The notes beneath the pieces are model-generated. The model saw only the letters and a program-made list of their open reading frames with translations, searched no databases and had not been told where the DNA came from. From NCBI RefSeq assembly GCF_964204645.1, contig NC_134031.1:8990001-9054000 (forward strand): 64,000 nucleotides of DNA. The letters run 5' to 3'. Positions 1 through 13,697 of the stretch are shown here, one piece after another; position 1 is the stretch's first letter; every line of letters begins with the position of its first letter. This DNA is from Tubulanus polymorphus. Taxonomy: Eukaryota > Animalia > Nemertea. The translations under genes were made by a program, and so were the position numbers.

Positions 1-647
1 CAAGTCACAAGAAAATCAATCAAAACTGAAGACTGTAGAGCGGGAACAACATCGGCACGCCGGTGGTACAGACAGACACAGGCGATGACAATACCTCTCA
101 CATCTTACGGCCAAGGAGTAGAAATGGCAAAACTGTCAATATTGCATACATCTTTTGACTTAACAAATTAGTCTAAAAATGTTCTGACCACTTAGTATAT
201 ATAAATATGATACCAACATTTCATCTGCATGCATTTTTGATAATGATGTACATGTATGTCTTGATATTTCTCACAAGCCCATAGGAAATAGGAATAACTG
301 ATTGTTTATCATAAATAAAAACAGAAAAATTTAGCACGTATATGCTTGATATGTATATGTAGTTCCCGCAAATTACAAGAATCAATTGCAGTCAAGGATC
401 GAACAGCTGTTTTAGCAACTCAACAAGCACAAGTCACAATTATTTCTTGTCTGAATTAAGCATTCGATACACTTGATATAATCAATAGATATTTAGCTTT
501 AACATTTTTGAAATGTTGCTCATTACACCTCATTCGTGCCATGTTCAATTTGAGTAATGTTTTCATAGGTCTAAGATTTGTTCAATGATAAAATTCTATG
601 ATACATAAATGGAACAGCAGAAATGCTGACGATGACATATTGTTTAC

Positions 648-740
648 CTGTTCTTTACTTTGACCAGCTTTTGCTTTTCGCACCTTGTTTTTAGCTGCAT
701 CGAGATCTAGTCTTTTAGTCTCGAGTATCTTGCGTTCCTT
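648..740 (-). CDS. SH3GLB1: Endophilin-B coding exon 5 (gene continues beyond the left edge)
   Basis: TTGCAG acceptor and GTAAAC donor. Reads KERKILETKRLDLDAAKNKVRKAKAGQSKEQ, including the BAR-domain RLDLDAAK motif. 93 nt. Confidence 0.95.
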
Positions 741-1399
741 CTGCAAATGAAAATTTTGGATCCTTTATTAAAACCCACAACCAATCACTTCATCTATAGT
801 TAGTAAAGGAACCAGCTCACATTTCTTCTAGTTCAGGCAGATAGGTTGGCTGGTTGGTTGATATTTGTAGACTCTCAGAAAGGGCAGTCTATATTTTTCA
901 TACCAGAGGGCTGGAAATCCCAAACTATAAAGCTCCAAATCATGGGTTTAATCATCATTCAGGGCTAAATCCGAACATAAATCAACAGGCTCAATTGCAA
1001 AATTGCAATAAAAATGAATTCCTTTCTTTCAAGACTGAAATTTCGGTGGATAAGTACCCTAAAGTTTGCTCCTTTAAGGATGCACTGTGAAACTAGGGGT
1101 CCTGGGACACTATGCCCACTCGGGATATGATTAGAAATGCACAACGATCTAACACTACCAATATTCGATGCCTTCTGGTGAACACAGGAACTAATCACCT
1201 TGAAGCTAACCACAATCATAGATCATGTGTGCTAAAATTTTGCAAATTTATTGTGGAAACAAAATATGCCTCGTACCGATTTAACATGGCAATACTCAGT
1301 TATTCCTCTATTCAATGTCCTCTGGTGTCCCTAAAACTGGGCGATTCCAATTCCCTGCGAGATGTACCCTACCACACGGTGTTGTCGATGCGCTTACTC

Positions 1400-2350
1400 T
1401 TTGAATCACACTATTAGCACGCAATTCTATCTGACATAGTTCTATGTTACTGTTCAGTTACCAGCTGCAGCAGCAGTCAGAATGTAGTCGGACAAAAAGA
1501 TTCGCACCAGGGCCAACATCGGTTATCGAAGTTAATCGACTGCTTGCGATCTTAGTAGACTTGATCCGCACGATCGCTCTAGGTTGGGCCGTAGTTTTAG
1601 CAGATGGCTGCTAACGTGAAATGTGCTACTACCAAACATGTACCGCGGTTGCATAAAAATTATTCTGATAGAAACCGCGGCTAGTACCAATAGTACGTTT
1701 TTTAGACCCAAGGAATCAACGCGGAGAAGCAAATAAGTAACAGCTGTATCTTCACAAATAACGTTAAAAAAGGTACAATTTTATATATAATCTTCAATAT
1801 CATTCAACTTTTATTAACTCTTCTAGATACAGCACACTCGCATTTATCACAATTTAGATGCAAGAGACGCATTAAAAATCCAAAGCCAGAATATGCATAA
1901 TGTGTATCAGCTGTTTTGGTCTGACATCGTTCATTTTGTGATATTTCTCTTGACCGCATAAACATACCTCAGTTAGGTCTTAATACGACCAGTGAAAGAG
2001 TGCAGTCTAAATAAACCATTGTTTTTATATCCATTTTAGAATGCCGCATTTATTAGATTAAAGGTTTATGGTAACATACACCTCATAGATGCGGGCTCAT
2101 TGATGATAGATTAATTGCCTATGTAGGTTCTCCATTTTCTCATTTGAAGTATCGTTAATTTGAGTGACGATAGTAATAGATTATCACATAGGCCTTCCAG
2201 GTACCAGTAATAAAAACATGCGTCCGGTGCCTTGTCCAACAAGGGGTATCCCGTGGAAAAACACGGTAACTATGTACAGTGAAAATGAAGAAATTCCGTG
2301 TTTCTGGAAAATTCTGCAATTCCGTGATTCCGCGATATGACAACACCACC
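1400..2350. mobile_element. MULE-like non-autonomous element, partial
   Basis: Right end (2200-2348) matches the TIR of the 7884-9368 element, and internal segments are homologous. Confidence 0.6.
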
Positions 2351-2740
2351 TACCACAGTGCTGACAATGATCAAATATCAAGACAACAAGTTAAAACCAG
2401 TTGATATTTTCCTCAAAAATCTTTTTCCATCTATAAATGAGGACTGATGACAATAAAATGGTTGCCAATTGCAAGAAAATTGACTGACTGAAAAGCCTAT
2501 CTCATATGTTTTAGAGCCATTACCTAAGTATACCCATCATAAAATTCATTGAAAATTGGCAAACCGTTAGGAAGCTACTTGTCGTAGAATTCAGGCAAAA
2601 ATGACAATTTAGGCCATAAAAAAAGGTCATAAGACGGTCATCTCGTGTCCGATCAACCAAATTTTTCTTGATGAGCCCTGGGATGATACATATACATCGA
2701 AAGATCAAGATTATTGGGGCACCTTTTCCCTGAAAAACAT

Positions 2741-3612
2741 AACAAGAGCCCTAAGGGGCACTATGGCCAGCTTTTCATAAAATGGCAAATGATGCATTCT
2801 GTGGGTTACATTTGTCAAAATACACTCTCAGCTCAGAGTTATAACCTATAATTTACACAATACAATTGTGTTTTCATAAGTACCACAGACAGCCACTGGA
2901 GCATGCAGGAACCCACAGATAAATCTTTACCCCTAGTCTTAGTGATTTGAATGTGGAATAGAATTGAACTTTCTGAAATTTGCTCAATTAAACAAAATTG
3001 AATTGATTCGATATTTTAATTGTTCATTAAAGTAAAATTGAATTGGATTTGATATTTTTTGCAGAATGAAATTTGATTGAATTTGCAGTTTGAGCACATG
3101 GCTAATTAACATATCAAGGTCATCCATCCGATTTGAGAAAAAGCTATTTTTCTTGGACTTGGCATAATTTTCAATGATATTTTCTGTAGCGCAAATAAAA
3201 ACATTCCTCCAAAAAACCAAACAATTTACAGAAATTGATCTTGAAATACAATTCTTAAATCTTAGAATAAAACCCTGAAGTAAAACAGTACTTGATACCG
3301 CGGGTTCACGTGAACACCTGCTGATCTCTGCGGCTAAGCCAATCATAGAGGAGTCTTTGCATTCTGATTGGCATTTTAAAACCGATATTTTTGCGATCAG
3401 ATTTTTGTGAAAAAGCTCATATAAATTTTAACGAGGCCCTTTTTCAAAATTCAGCTCTGTAGGATAAGGAGAATGGATAATACTTTAATGAATGATTTGT
3501 ATGAATATATGCTCAGTTGCACAGTCAAAGGGCCTTAGCTCTGGAAACCATGTCATTTAAATTTGCTCCATTTGTATAGTAATAATAGGCTCAGCCTATG
3601 GCTGGCCTAAAA
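2741..3612 (+). mobile_element. Helentron-type element, family B (full length)
   Basis: One end reads AACAAGAG-CCCTAAGGGGC hairpin-GGCCAGC; the other reads ATAGGCTCAGCCTATGGCTGGCCTAAAA. Short subterminal inverted repeat plus hairpins. Multiple copies in the window. Confidence 0.7.
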
Positions 3613-4151
3613 ATGTGAAACAAAAATGGCCATATCTGACAGGACCAGTTATTGGGCTGTAGATGTGTCTAGAGTAGATACATGTATAGTCATGTCTTGA
3701 TATACCACCAACATTGGTTTTAATGGCAGTATATGTCGAGATTCAATTATAACAGTCCCTTAGTGCTACATTTATGGTGAACTGAGCATGGTTGAGGCTG
3801 CATTAGCCCTGGTTACAGACCATTTACTCATACTATGTACATGCAGTATATCATAGCATTGCAGTTCAGCCTTCTATGAAAGTTTTCAAAATCTGCCATT
3901 TTGTGTGTGACCTGGTCCATCAAAGGATATCCCATTTTTGGGATCGAAACCTCATTGGAATGCGAAGATTTGCCACTTTTATCTATCTGACTGGACTTAA
4001 ACAATAATGGCCAACTATGCTATGTTTAGTGTACGCTGTGAATGTGACATCAAGTGACAATCAATAACTCGTGGGTCTCAGAGAATAATAATTATTGAGG
4101 CTATAGGCCATGGACTCTAAAACGCAGTCAATGGTAGTAGCCTTCTGAATG

Positions 4152-4659
4152 TAGGGAAATAATGTCCCCGGAAAAAATGTCTCATTATGTAGAAAAAATG
4201 TCCCAGTCTATTATTACTAATTTAGTAAATTTCCCACTGAAATAACACCAAAGAGCAAACTTGGTAATTGTGTAAATTGCACACTAACCATGAAAAATAA
4301 TTCATTGAGTGACCATTTATTCATTGAGGATTATAGGCCCAGAATATTGACATTAATTAATTTTGCCTATTGAGAACATGTGAACTCAAACATGATACGT
4401 CAACTTTAAGAAGATTTTAAATCTATAATACATATAATTAAATCAAAGTAGAGCCATTTTTTGTTATCAAATGTTAAAATTGTAATTAAAATGTATTACC
4501 AAGTTTGTTCTCTGGTGTTATTATGATGTGAAATTAACTACATGAGCAAGTTAGTAATGATAGGCTGGGACATTTTTTCCGGGGACATATTTTCCACAGG
4601 ACATTTTTTTCTGGGGACATATTTTCCGGGATATTTTTTCCGGGGACATTTTTACCGTA
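4152..4659. mobile_element. Foldback MITE with subterminal short repeats
   Basis: AATGTCCCCGGAAAAAATGTC at the left; repeated GACATTTTTTCCGGG units at the right; inverted internal arms at 4200-4268 and 4495-4570. Confidence 0.65.
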
Positions 4660-5567
4660 TACCTAGCCTACTATGTACGTAGTTGTTTACAGACAGGCTA
4701 TACAATTTAAATTCAATACACTTAGAGCGGAGAACAGAATTACTGGTTATGATCATCTTCTTTGACCTTCCGATGCAGATGAGTTGGCTGTGATACAAGT
4801 GGGTTGGACATTTCAGGGTTTCTATCACGCCATATAGGCGTAGGTGAATCAATAATTTTAAGAGAAAATTCATCTATGCATCCGAAAAAATGAATGTATA
4901 TCATATCTATTACATCTAAAGATCAATTGTAGCCAGCCTATTCATGAAAATTCTTATTATCATATTAGCGGTATTCAATGAGTTAACTACCCATACCAGT
5001 AAGAAATGTTATTTTTTCGATAAACACTGAACTTGAATGTATGGTTTCGAAAAAAGAATAACAGGTGCGTGATTCTTCTGAATGCACACTGACTATTTGC
5101 TATGCGCATGACGTATTATGGGCTAAACAGCTAATACGTGGACTTGTACATTTAGCAAGTATTTTATCCGTGACAGTAGATAATTTTTTTATATTTCAAA
5201 ATCGAAATTAATATTTTGCCAGGTCATTTTTAGCTAAGAAAAGATATATCTGTAGATATTTCCTCAATTAATGGATCTAAACTTAGTCTTTGTCACCTTT
5301 ACCCAGTTTTGGCAGCTCAAGCAGGCTGTCTCGTTTATTGAGTATAGCCGCGTTCACATTAGATTCTGCGCTTATGATGTACCGTATTTCGCTGGTGCCA
5401 AATCCACCAAAATACAGCGCTTACACAGCCATTTACGTTCACATGTAGAGTCGGCAATTCGGCACTCAGTAAGCCCAGTATAGTAGTCACCCAGTGTGGC
5501 AATAGAGGGGGGTGTAATTAGTTTTTAGTGTATTTTACTATAAGGATGTTAATACGTTAATGAATCT

Positions 5568-5700
5568 GCGTTCACACTACAGAAAATACGCGGCCAGCTC
5601 AGTGCCGTACTGAGATCGGTTTTTCGGTGCGAATCGTAATAAGCCGCATATTTCAGTACGGAACTGAATAAGCCGCGAATAATTTCCTAGTGTGAACCCT
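5568..5700. mobile_element. Small MITE (Harbinger-like ends)
   Basis: GCGTTCACACTA...TAGTGTGAACCC inverted termini with internal inverted arms. Confidence 0.5.
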
Positions 5701-6224
5701 TAGTAATGTACTGAAATCCTAGTCTGAACGCAGTTTATTTCTTATGTTCAACAACTGGCACTATTTTTGAACAAGTTATGTAATAGCTATATAAATAACT
5801 CTCAACTCACCTGCCCTCGCAACTAGTTTAGCTCTCCTCAGGTAATTAGTGTGTAATTTGTCATTAAGATTTGGATGAACCAATCGCTAGAAGTTTTGGT
5901 CACTAATTACTTGATGGGAGTGTCTTAATCAACTTGGTTTTGGGCAGCACAGATTTGATCACTCTGTGCCTGCTATCCAATTGATTGAGACATCAAATAA
6001 ACTGGTATTAGTAAATTCAATGGTTCGAATTTTCAGGTGAGTGACCTCCATTTTTCATAGTTAAATCTTATAGGCCTATATATTCAATGTATACTTTTTA
6101 TCCAATTATTATCACTGTGTGCCCGCTATCCAACTGATTGAGACGTCAAATTAACTGGTATTAGTAAATTAATTCAATAGTTTGAATTTTCAGTTCTGCG
6201 AAATTAGCAACACCCAAAAACAGC

Positions 6225-7310
6225 CCTGAGAGCCATTGTAATGAACAGCCACTGTAGCTGGCAGTAACAAATACCTCAGATCAATCTTTTCCCTGTGGTC
6301 TCATTGATTTGAATGCGGAATAGAATTGAATTTTCTGAAATTTGCTCAATAAAACAAAATTGAATTGATTCGATATTTTAATTGTTCATTAAAGTAAAAT
6401 TGAATTGGATTTGATATTTTTTGCAGAATAAAATTTGATTGAAATTGTTTGAGCACATGGCTAATTAGCATATCAAGGTCGTCCATGCGATTTGAGAAAA
6501 CGCTATTTTTCCCGGACTGCATAATTTTCAATATTTAAAATAAAAAATATTCCTCCCAAAATATAAATCAACAAAAAATTTCACAGAAATCGATTTTGAA
6601 ATACAATTCTAAATCTTAAAATAAAACCCGGAAGTAAAACAGTTGACGATACCGCGGGTTAAAGTGAACACCTGCTGATCTCTGCGGCTATTTAACAACA
6701 CTAAATGTCCATGATAATTGTTGTATACTTTTGAACTATATTCTATATTCCTTTAATGTTTGTTTACTTGCAATAGCTCTTTGTTTCTTGAGACAGTTTG
6801 TCTGTGTCTAATGCCTTAATTGTTGTTTGCCTCACTGTCATGTCACTACTCATCACCTTTGTTTTTGTATCATTTTCCATGTCTCCACCTTTCGTATCTC
6901 AATGTATATAAATAGTTTGTGTGTAAAAATAAGTCAGTGCCAGTTTTGGTATTCCAAGCTGTGAGTTAAGTCTCACTCTCTTTGCTCTGTTCCGGATTTC
7001 CGATGTTGACCATTTTTCGAGAATAGGACAGAAAATCATAGAGGAGTCTTTACTTTCTGATTGTCATTTTGAAACAGATATCTTTGCGTTTAGATTTTCG
7101 AGAAAAAGCTCATATAAATTTTAACGAGGCCCTTTTTCATAATTCAGCTTCGTAGGATTTGGAGAATGGATAATGCTTTAATGAATGATTTGTATGAATA
7201 CATGCTCAGTTGCACAGTCAAAGGGCCTTAGCTCTGGAAACCATGCCATTTAAATTTACTCCATTTGTAGGCCTTTAGTAATAGGCTCAGCCTACAGCTG
7301 GCCTTAAAAC
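6225..7310 (+). mobile_element. Helentron-type family B copy, interrupted at 6691-7033
   Basis: Colinear with 2870-3612. Ends ATAGGCTCAGCCTACAGCTGGCCTTAAAA. Confidence 0.7.
6706..7030 (+). mobile_element. Probable solo LTR
   Basis: TGTCC...GGACA inverted termini and TATATAAATA box; interrupts the family B element. No clean TSD. Confidence 0.55.
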
Positions 7311-7883
7311 AAAAGCTATTTAAGGCTACACTTGATCTTTAAGAGAGCATTCCTTTATGTACGCTTACTATCAAACAAAATTTAGCAATTTTTTTCAAAT
7401 ACTTTCTTCGGAATACGCGTAAGTCGGACAAAAAATAACAGTCCCGAGTGATCCGATTCATGCCTACTCTATAAAAATCCTGGCAGTTTATCGGGAGTTG
7501 GTATAATATTGGGACATGGGCTAAACAAAATATCAAGACAATCGATTGAAGCATCTTCAAAACTTCCAGAATAACTGGATTCTGTTGATATCCATCAACG
7601 GGCAAACGAGTAAACACAAAAAGTGAATGCAATAGCCCACTGGTATTAGTCCCAAGAAGGCTAAAAATTAGTGTCCATCAGTTTGCATGAGATCAATTTT
7701 TGTGTATTCTAAAGCATATATTCATTCTACAAATGTTTCAGCTTCAAACTGTTGATAAAATGCAGAGTGGTTCCCTAACTAAGTGAATTTACTACATTTT
7801 CTAAACCTCTGTCATCAACATGAGATTTCCTTAAATTTCTCTTTCCTATAATAGCTTCTGATTGGAGATGTAATGTGAAATTG

Positions 7884-9368
7884 CGGTGTCGTCATATCGC
7901 GGAACAACGGAATCGCAGAATTTGAAAAAAAAAACACGGAATTTCTTCATTTTCACTTTTAACAGAAACTGTGTTTTCCCGTGGGGATACCCATTGTCGG
8001 ACGAGGCACCGGACTGATCGATGCACTGAGTTAGGTTTGAATCCCATTATTTGCAGGCTATTTCATCGGAAATTATGCGATTACGTTGACTGGCTGCCAG
8101 CTGCAACCTGCAGCAGCAGACAGAATCAAATAGGAAAAAGAGACAACCTAGGCGAAGTTTGGTTAGTCGACTTTTTGCGAACTTCAGAACGAATATTGTC
8201 AGTTGAATTTGAGCACCGTTCGCAGTATGTCGGCCCCGCCATAGTTCTACGTGGTTCCAAACAAGTACCGATTTAGTAATAAGATATAAGATTCTTATTT
8301 GATTCAAATAATCAGCACGTAGGAACAAATATGTAATTGCAGTCATTAAGAAAACCGGCGGCATCTAAAAAAACGAAACTATTTTATCATCTCTAATATC
8401 ATTTAATTTTCATTAACTTTCCCAGATACACTACATTTGTAACAAATGGGATTAAGACGGTCCATATTATAATCATTTTTATAAGTACGCTTCTATATCA
8501 TAATCATTATTTTCATTATATCTATTAATCGTATCGAAATATTAGTATGCAATCATCTTAGGAAAAGATATCTGAGTTTTTAGATTATGTAAAATGTTAT
8601 TGTATCAAAAGTTAGATTTATTAATTATGTAGTTTGTGTCACTGAGTATGGCAGTTGACAACGCCTGTCTTTGCTCATACTCAGACCTTACGGCTCCTCC
8701 TGTATTGTCTCTAGTTGAGAACCCGGAACTATTTTAACAATGAGTATCTGTTAGTTTGTGTTCTGTTTATTTTTTGGGGTTCCTAGGTGACCCTAGCTGA
8801 CCTATCAGGGCTCGAGCTCTGCCTGTGTTCAACCAATCAGCGTTGGTGTTCAGTGGGTTGGGGAAATCAATGTGGGGACCCAAACTCGGGTTGAAAAACT
8901 CAGTCGATTTCCGGAACTCACCGTGAACTAGTTAAAATAAATACAGAGATATACATTATATTACATCTATGAAATATTGTTATTTTTAGCTTCTACCTCT
9001 CGTTCCTCTGAGCTTCGTTCCTCTGGCAACCAGATAATAATTTGGTTGCTATAAACTCGCCTATAACAATGTAGAAACACAACACACATGAACAATCCTA
9101 AAGCCAGAATGAAACATACATAATGTCCATTTATTCACCGATATTATTTGATTCCTTTAGTATAGTACAGCGATTCTCTGCATCACAGATTGAGTTGTTG
9201 ACTGGCGATATAATGAATTATCACATACTGGTACCCGTTTATGAAAACATGTGTCCAATGCCTTCTCCGACAATGGGAAAACCTGGTTACTAATTATAGT
9301 GAAAATGAAGAAATTCTGTGTGTTTGAAAAATTCTGCGATTCCGTTGTTCTGCGATATGACAAGACCG
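7884..9368. mobile_element. MULE-like non-autonomous DNA transposon
   Basis: About 130-bp imperfect TIRs (CGGTGTCGTCATATCGCGGAAC / GTTCTGCGATATGACAAGACCG) and a 9-bp imperfect TSD GTGAAATTG / GTGCGATTG. Confidence 0.7.
8438..9053 (+). mobile_element. Probable solo LTR (Gypsy-like) inside the MULE
   Basis: TGTAACAA...TTGCTATA termini, CCAAT and AATAAA. Absent from the homologous MULE copy at about 1830. Shares motifs with the 15629-16751 LTR. Confidence 0.6.
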
Positions 9369-9919
9369 GTGCGATTGTGCTTCTGTCCATTAGATTGAAA
9401 ATACTGTAATACAAATCCTACAATCTGAACTCGGATCATGCGCTAATCTAACTAGTTAAGCATTTTGAAAGCCCTGAAGGTTTTGATCAGTCCAACGAAG
9501 AATAAGAGCAAACCCTGAACCCAACAAGTATCTAGTCTACACATAATGAACTTCAATACCTCCTGACTTCCCAATTTAGCATGAAAATAGCGAAAAAACC
9601 ATGATTTGTATCGTAATGATTTGTATCAGATTCTTTAAGTTATACATTTTTCAAAATCAATATTTACAAGTCACGTTAACACTACCATTTAGTTGTCTGT
9701 TCTGAATTAAGAATGGACCAAATCAGAATGCGCATTGACATAGGTAGTTATCACTGTTCCCACGAGATGTCGCCTTGATTATACCGAGTTTCATCTACTG
9801 ATACAAAATGTCATCTAACGTTCGTAAGCATACCAAAAATACTTTCACAATTATGAATAAATTGTTTTTGGGATCAAATATGACTGACTTGATGCGGTTA
9901 CTTTCAAAATAAATCGGAA

Positions 9920-10318
9920 GGCCTTATTTTTGATAGCTTGGTTTACGGGACCCGCCTCCCGAAATTTGAAGAAAAGTCAAATAAAAAAATTTTTTCTAAA
10001 TTTTTATTCCTGTCTGTGGAACAAATTCAGTGGAAAAACGAGGAAAAAAAAGTTTTTCACCTCCGCCGAATGAGAATCCTGGCTTGAATGATGACAAAAT
10101 TGAAAAACACAAGGTTCTTTTTTGATCACAGTTTACAGAATTCGAAGTTTCCAAGAATCATTTGTTTGGAGATATGTATATTGCCCTATCAACAGTTGCC
10201 TCTTCCTTCAAAAAGTGATCTTATCTCACTGAGGGAATTCTTTAAAGATTTTTTTCCTCCTCCGAAATGATATTTTAATAGGTCTACCCCGTAATCCAAG
10301 CTATTAAAAAAAAAGTCC
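9920..10318. mobile_element. MITE (PIF/Harbinger-like ends)
   Basis: About 35-bp TIRs GGCCTTATTTTTGATAGCTTGGTTTACGGG / CCCGTAATCCAAGCTATTAAAAAAAAAGTCC. Confidence 0.55.
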
Positions 10319-11218
10319 ATAGAATCAACAAACACTTATGGAACATCAATGATATCTACCGCAGAGATTCACTAAAATTCAAACATAGACCCAATTTTTG
10401 TTCACACCCACATCCAGGCCTGGATCCGTCTCTTAGGTCAGACCAAATAGGCCTGTTCTAAAATGGAATGGAACAATTTCAGAACAAACTAAATGCTTAC
10501 GCCAGTCTTAATTGGAATGTACCACATTGAGACCATTCTAAACAATGTAGTGTAAACGCTGCTAGACACCATCTCAAGTTCACTATGAATAAAGTTGTGA
10601 GCTTGTTTATTTCTACTACCGGTAATTATTGGATGACAAGAGTGATGAACACTGTTGAACAGTGGGTTACAGGCGATATTGTTTCGTGGAACTTTTTTAT
10701 AAAAGGTTCTTTTCACTCACTGAAACAGCAAGCCGCAAAGCGGGGCAGTCTGAGTGGACGCCAATTGTGTGCTGGGTGGACAACCCCCTCAAATTTTCGG
10801 GAAATTATATAAAAAATTTAACTATTTAAACTATTTAAAAATCATCTAAAAATACATTTGAAAGATGTGTTTTGAGAGGCTCTAGATAACCAAATTGAGA
10901 CTAATCATTTTGTGCTTAAATATACTATATGGCAGACGAAATTGAGCGGAGCTCAGGGAGAAATGATTGTGTTGACCAAAATCCACCCAGTCCCACCGGC
11001 CACTCCTAACATGTTATTATAAACTCAATAACGAGGACTTGAACTTATGAACAATATGGGATTCACAGGCTAAAAATTTTTGCGACATCAAATAAATTAT
11101 ACATTACCTTAATTCATAGAAATGTTAATGCATTGGTGTAACACATAAGGCCTTTAATACTATCACATTTAAATGGGATACAAAATAAATTAAACTGTTA
11201 GTAGAATGCTTCATTTAC

Positions 11219-11352
11219 CTGCACAGTTTTCATGTCACCTTCCAGGAAGTTTTTCAGGGGTGTTAAGAAATTTCCATGTGCATTGTTGATATATTCCTTT
11301 TGAGCCAGACCTATTCTCATCTCTGCTTGGCCACACTTTATCAATGCATTTC
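11219..11352 (-). CDS. SH3GLB1: Endophilin-B coding exon 4
   Basis: AAG acceptor and GTAAAT donor. Reads (G)NALIKCGQAEMRIGLAQKEYINNAHGNFLTPLKNFLEGDMKTVQ. 134 nt. Confidence 0.95.
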
Positions 11353-12441
11353 CTTATCAAATGAATAAGGATAACATTGTTAACAAAAACATACACTGGT
11401 AATAATCAATTGAATTAATTAATCAAGATACATTTTTTTTTTACTTTACATCACAGGTTAATATATATCCAGACCCATGTTTTTGACTGGTCGCATTTGA
11501 AGGAGGATTTAAGGCCCTCCCTGAGAGAATTTTGAAGCTGTGATGTTCTGAGCAAATGAACAAATCTAATAAAGGTCTACAAACTATCATTTTTTAAAGT
11601 CGAGTGCAAGGTTTCTGCTTCCAACTAGGCCTCTAGCCTGTCAACATTACCTGCGACAGCGTTTTCATGCGGGTAAATCTATATGCCCCTCTCAACTTAA
11701 GTATAAAAATCTAATTAAGGACTACCAGTCCAGTCGGACCAACTGAATACATTTTACTTTAGAGCACAAAAAATCTGTTCTGAGATTTACAATAACGATG
11801 AATTCTTGGTGCACTGTGTAGTAAGCATAGATGTTCAACTCTGATATGGTTATGGCATCACTGGCAAAGCCTGGTGAAGGGCTTTCCCTTTTTCAATGCT
11901 AAACTACCTTAATATTATTTCTAATAATCAAAATACCTAATTCAAAGGAAATAGCACTTTTTGCATAAAAATAATGCCAAATATCTGCATTTCTTTTAAA
12001 CGGCAAAACTTAAATAGGTGACAATTGGAACTATTTAATATCCGGCGTTGAAACATACATACCCGCTAAGCAGTGCGATTAGCACGCACAATAGGGAGCC
12101 TTTATTGATTATTAGAAAAGTGAGGCAACTTGCTGAACTGATCAGTTGATGGTGCAAATAATACTGTCACCCGTAATGATTGTAATAATACTACGGCACT
12201 TTAATCCCTTAAGGCTAAGGCTCTTTTTCGAACCTAAAAATCCGAAACCAACAAAAACTGGACCTACACTAGCAATACCCGATCGGCCGATGGAAATATT
12301 AGGCCTAAACGAAATAGATAGGTATCATTTACTTTTGACAAAAATGTTTAAGAGACTGCTTAATAACTGCTTGCTTGCATAAAATCTGCGAAGGTTTGAG
12401 CAACTTACAAAGTCTGTAACCGTATGTGTGTTTCCTAACTA

Positions 12442-13697
12442 AACTAGGGGTCCAGGGACACCATGCCCACTTGGGAAGTGGTTTCAAATGCTTAACAATC
12501 TAACAATTTCAATACATAACACCCCCTAGTGACCATATACAAAAACCAATGACCTTGAAACCCACCACAATCATAGAACATGTCAGCAGGTATGATTTTG
12601 TAATTGATTGTGATAACAAAATATGCCTCGTTACCAATTTAATACGGATATACTAAGTAATTCAACTATTCAACGCCCCTGGTGACCATATGCAAAACCC
12701 AATGACCTTAAAACTCACCACAAATGTAGTACATGTCATGAAATAAAACTTTGCAATCGATCATGGTAACAAAATATGCCTAGGTACCAATCTAATAAGG
12801 AAATACTAAGCTTTTCTACTATTGAACGCTCCCTGGTAACTATATGGAATAACTAATGTCCTTAAAAACTCACCACAATCATAGACGATGTCATGAACTA
12901 CAACTTTGCAATTGATCATGGTAACAAAATTTGCTTAGGTACCAATCTAATAAGAAATACTCAGTTATTCTACTATTCAACGCCCCCTTGTGACCATATA
13001 AAATAACTAATGTCCTTAAAACTCACCAAAATCATGGAAGATGTCATGAGCTACAACTTTGCAATTGATTGTGGTAACAAAATATGCATAGGTACAAATA
13101 TAATATCGAAATACTAAGTTATTGCATTATTCAACGCCCCCTGGTGGTCGAACACAAAAACCAATGACCTTGAAACTCACCAAAATCATAGAACACATTA
13201 TGGGCTACAACTTTCCAATTGAATATAGTAACACAATATGCTTAGGTATGAATATAATGCGGAAAAACTATTTCCCACCTACGAATGAGTACTGATGACA
13301 CCAAGATGGCCGCCAATTGTGTCATAATTGGCTGATCAAAAATACCTTTCTCAGGTATAAATCCCTTTCCAAAGAATACCCATCACAAATTGCAATGAGA
13401 AATGGCAAACCAGTAGAAGCTAGAGGACTTAGAATATTGGCCAAAATTCACATTTTTGGCACTAAAAAGGTCATAGGACGGCCATCCCGAGTCAGGTCGA
13501 CCCAATTTTTCTTATGCTGATGGGCCCTTGGTAGATTCATATATAAACCAAAGATCAAGGTAAAACTTTAAAAATGTGTAAAAAGTGCTGATTTTGGCGA
13601 ACAACAATGGCTGCCAGTCGGCCATGTTGAATCTGACAGGGCCAGTTTTTGGGCTGTAGATGTGTCTAGGGTAGAACGGACGAACGAAAAGTGAACG
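12442..13697 (+). mobile_element. Helentron-type family A with about five 154-bp tandem units
   Basis: AACTAGGGGTCCAGGGACACCATGCCCACTTGGGA end. TTCAACGCCCC-like anchors at about 12516, 12669, 12822, 12976 and 13130. The far end is truncated. Confidence 0.8.

Larger units (their letters stand above)
1091..3705 (+). mobile_element. Old, fragmented Helentron-type element, family A (pieces about 1091-1330, 2420-2720, 3613-3705)
   Basis: Begins AACTAGGGGTCCTGGGACACTATGCCCACT like the copies at 12442 and 19628. Interrupted by a MULE-like element and a family B element. Confidence 0.65.

Noticed and set aside
12442-13270. CRISPR-like regular array
   Set aside because: The whole 154-bp unit repeats with no unique spacers, there are no cas genes, and the context is eukaryotic TE.
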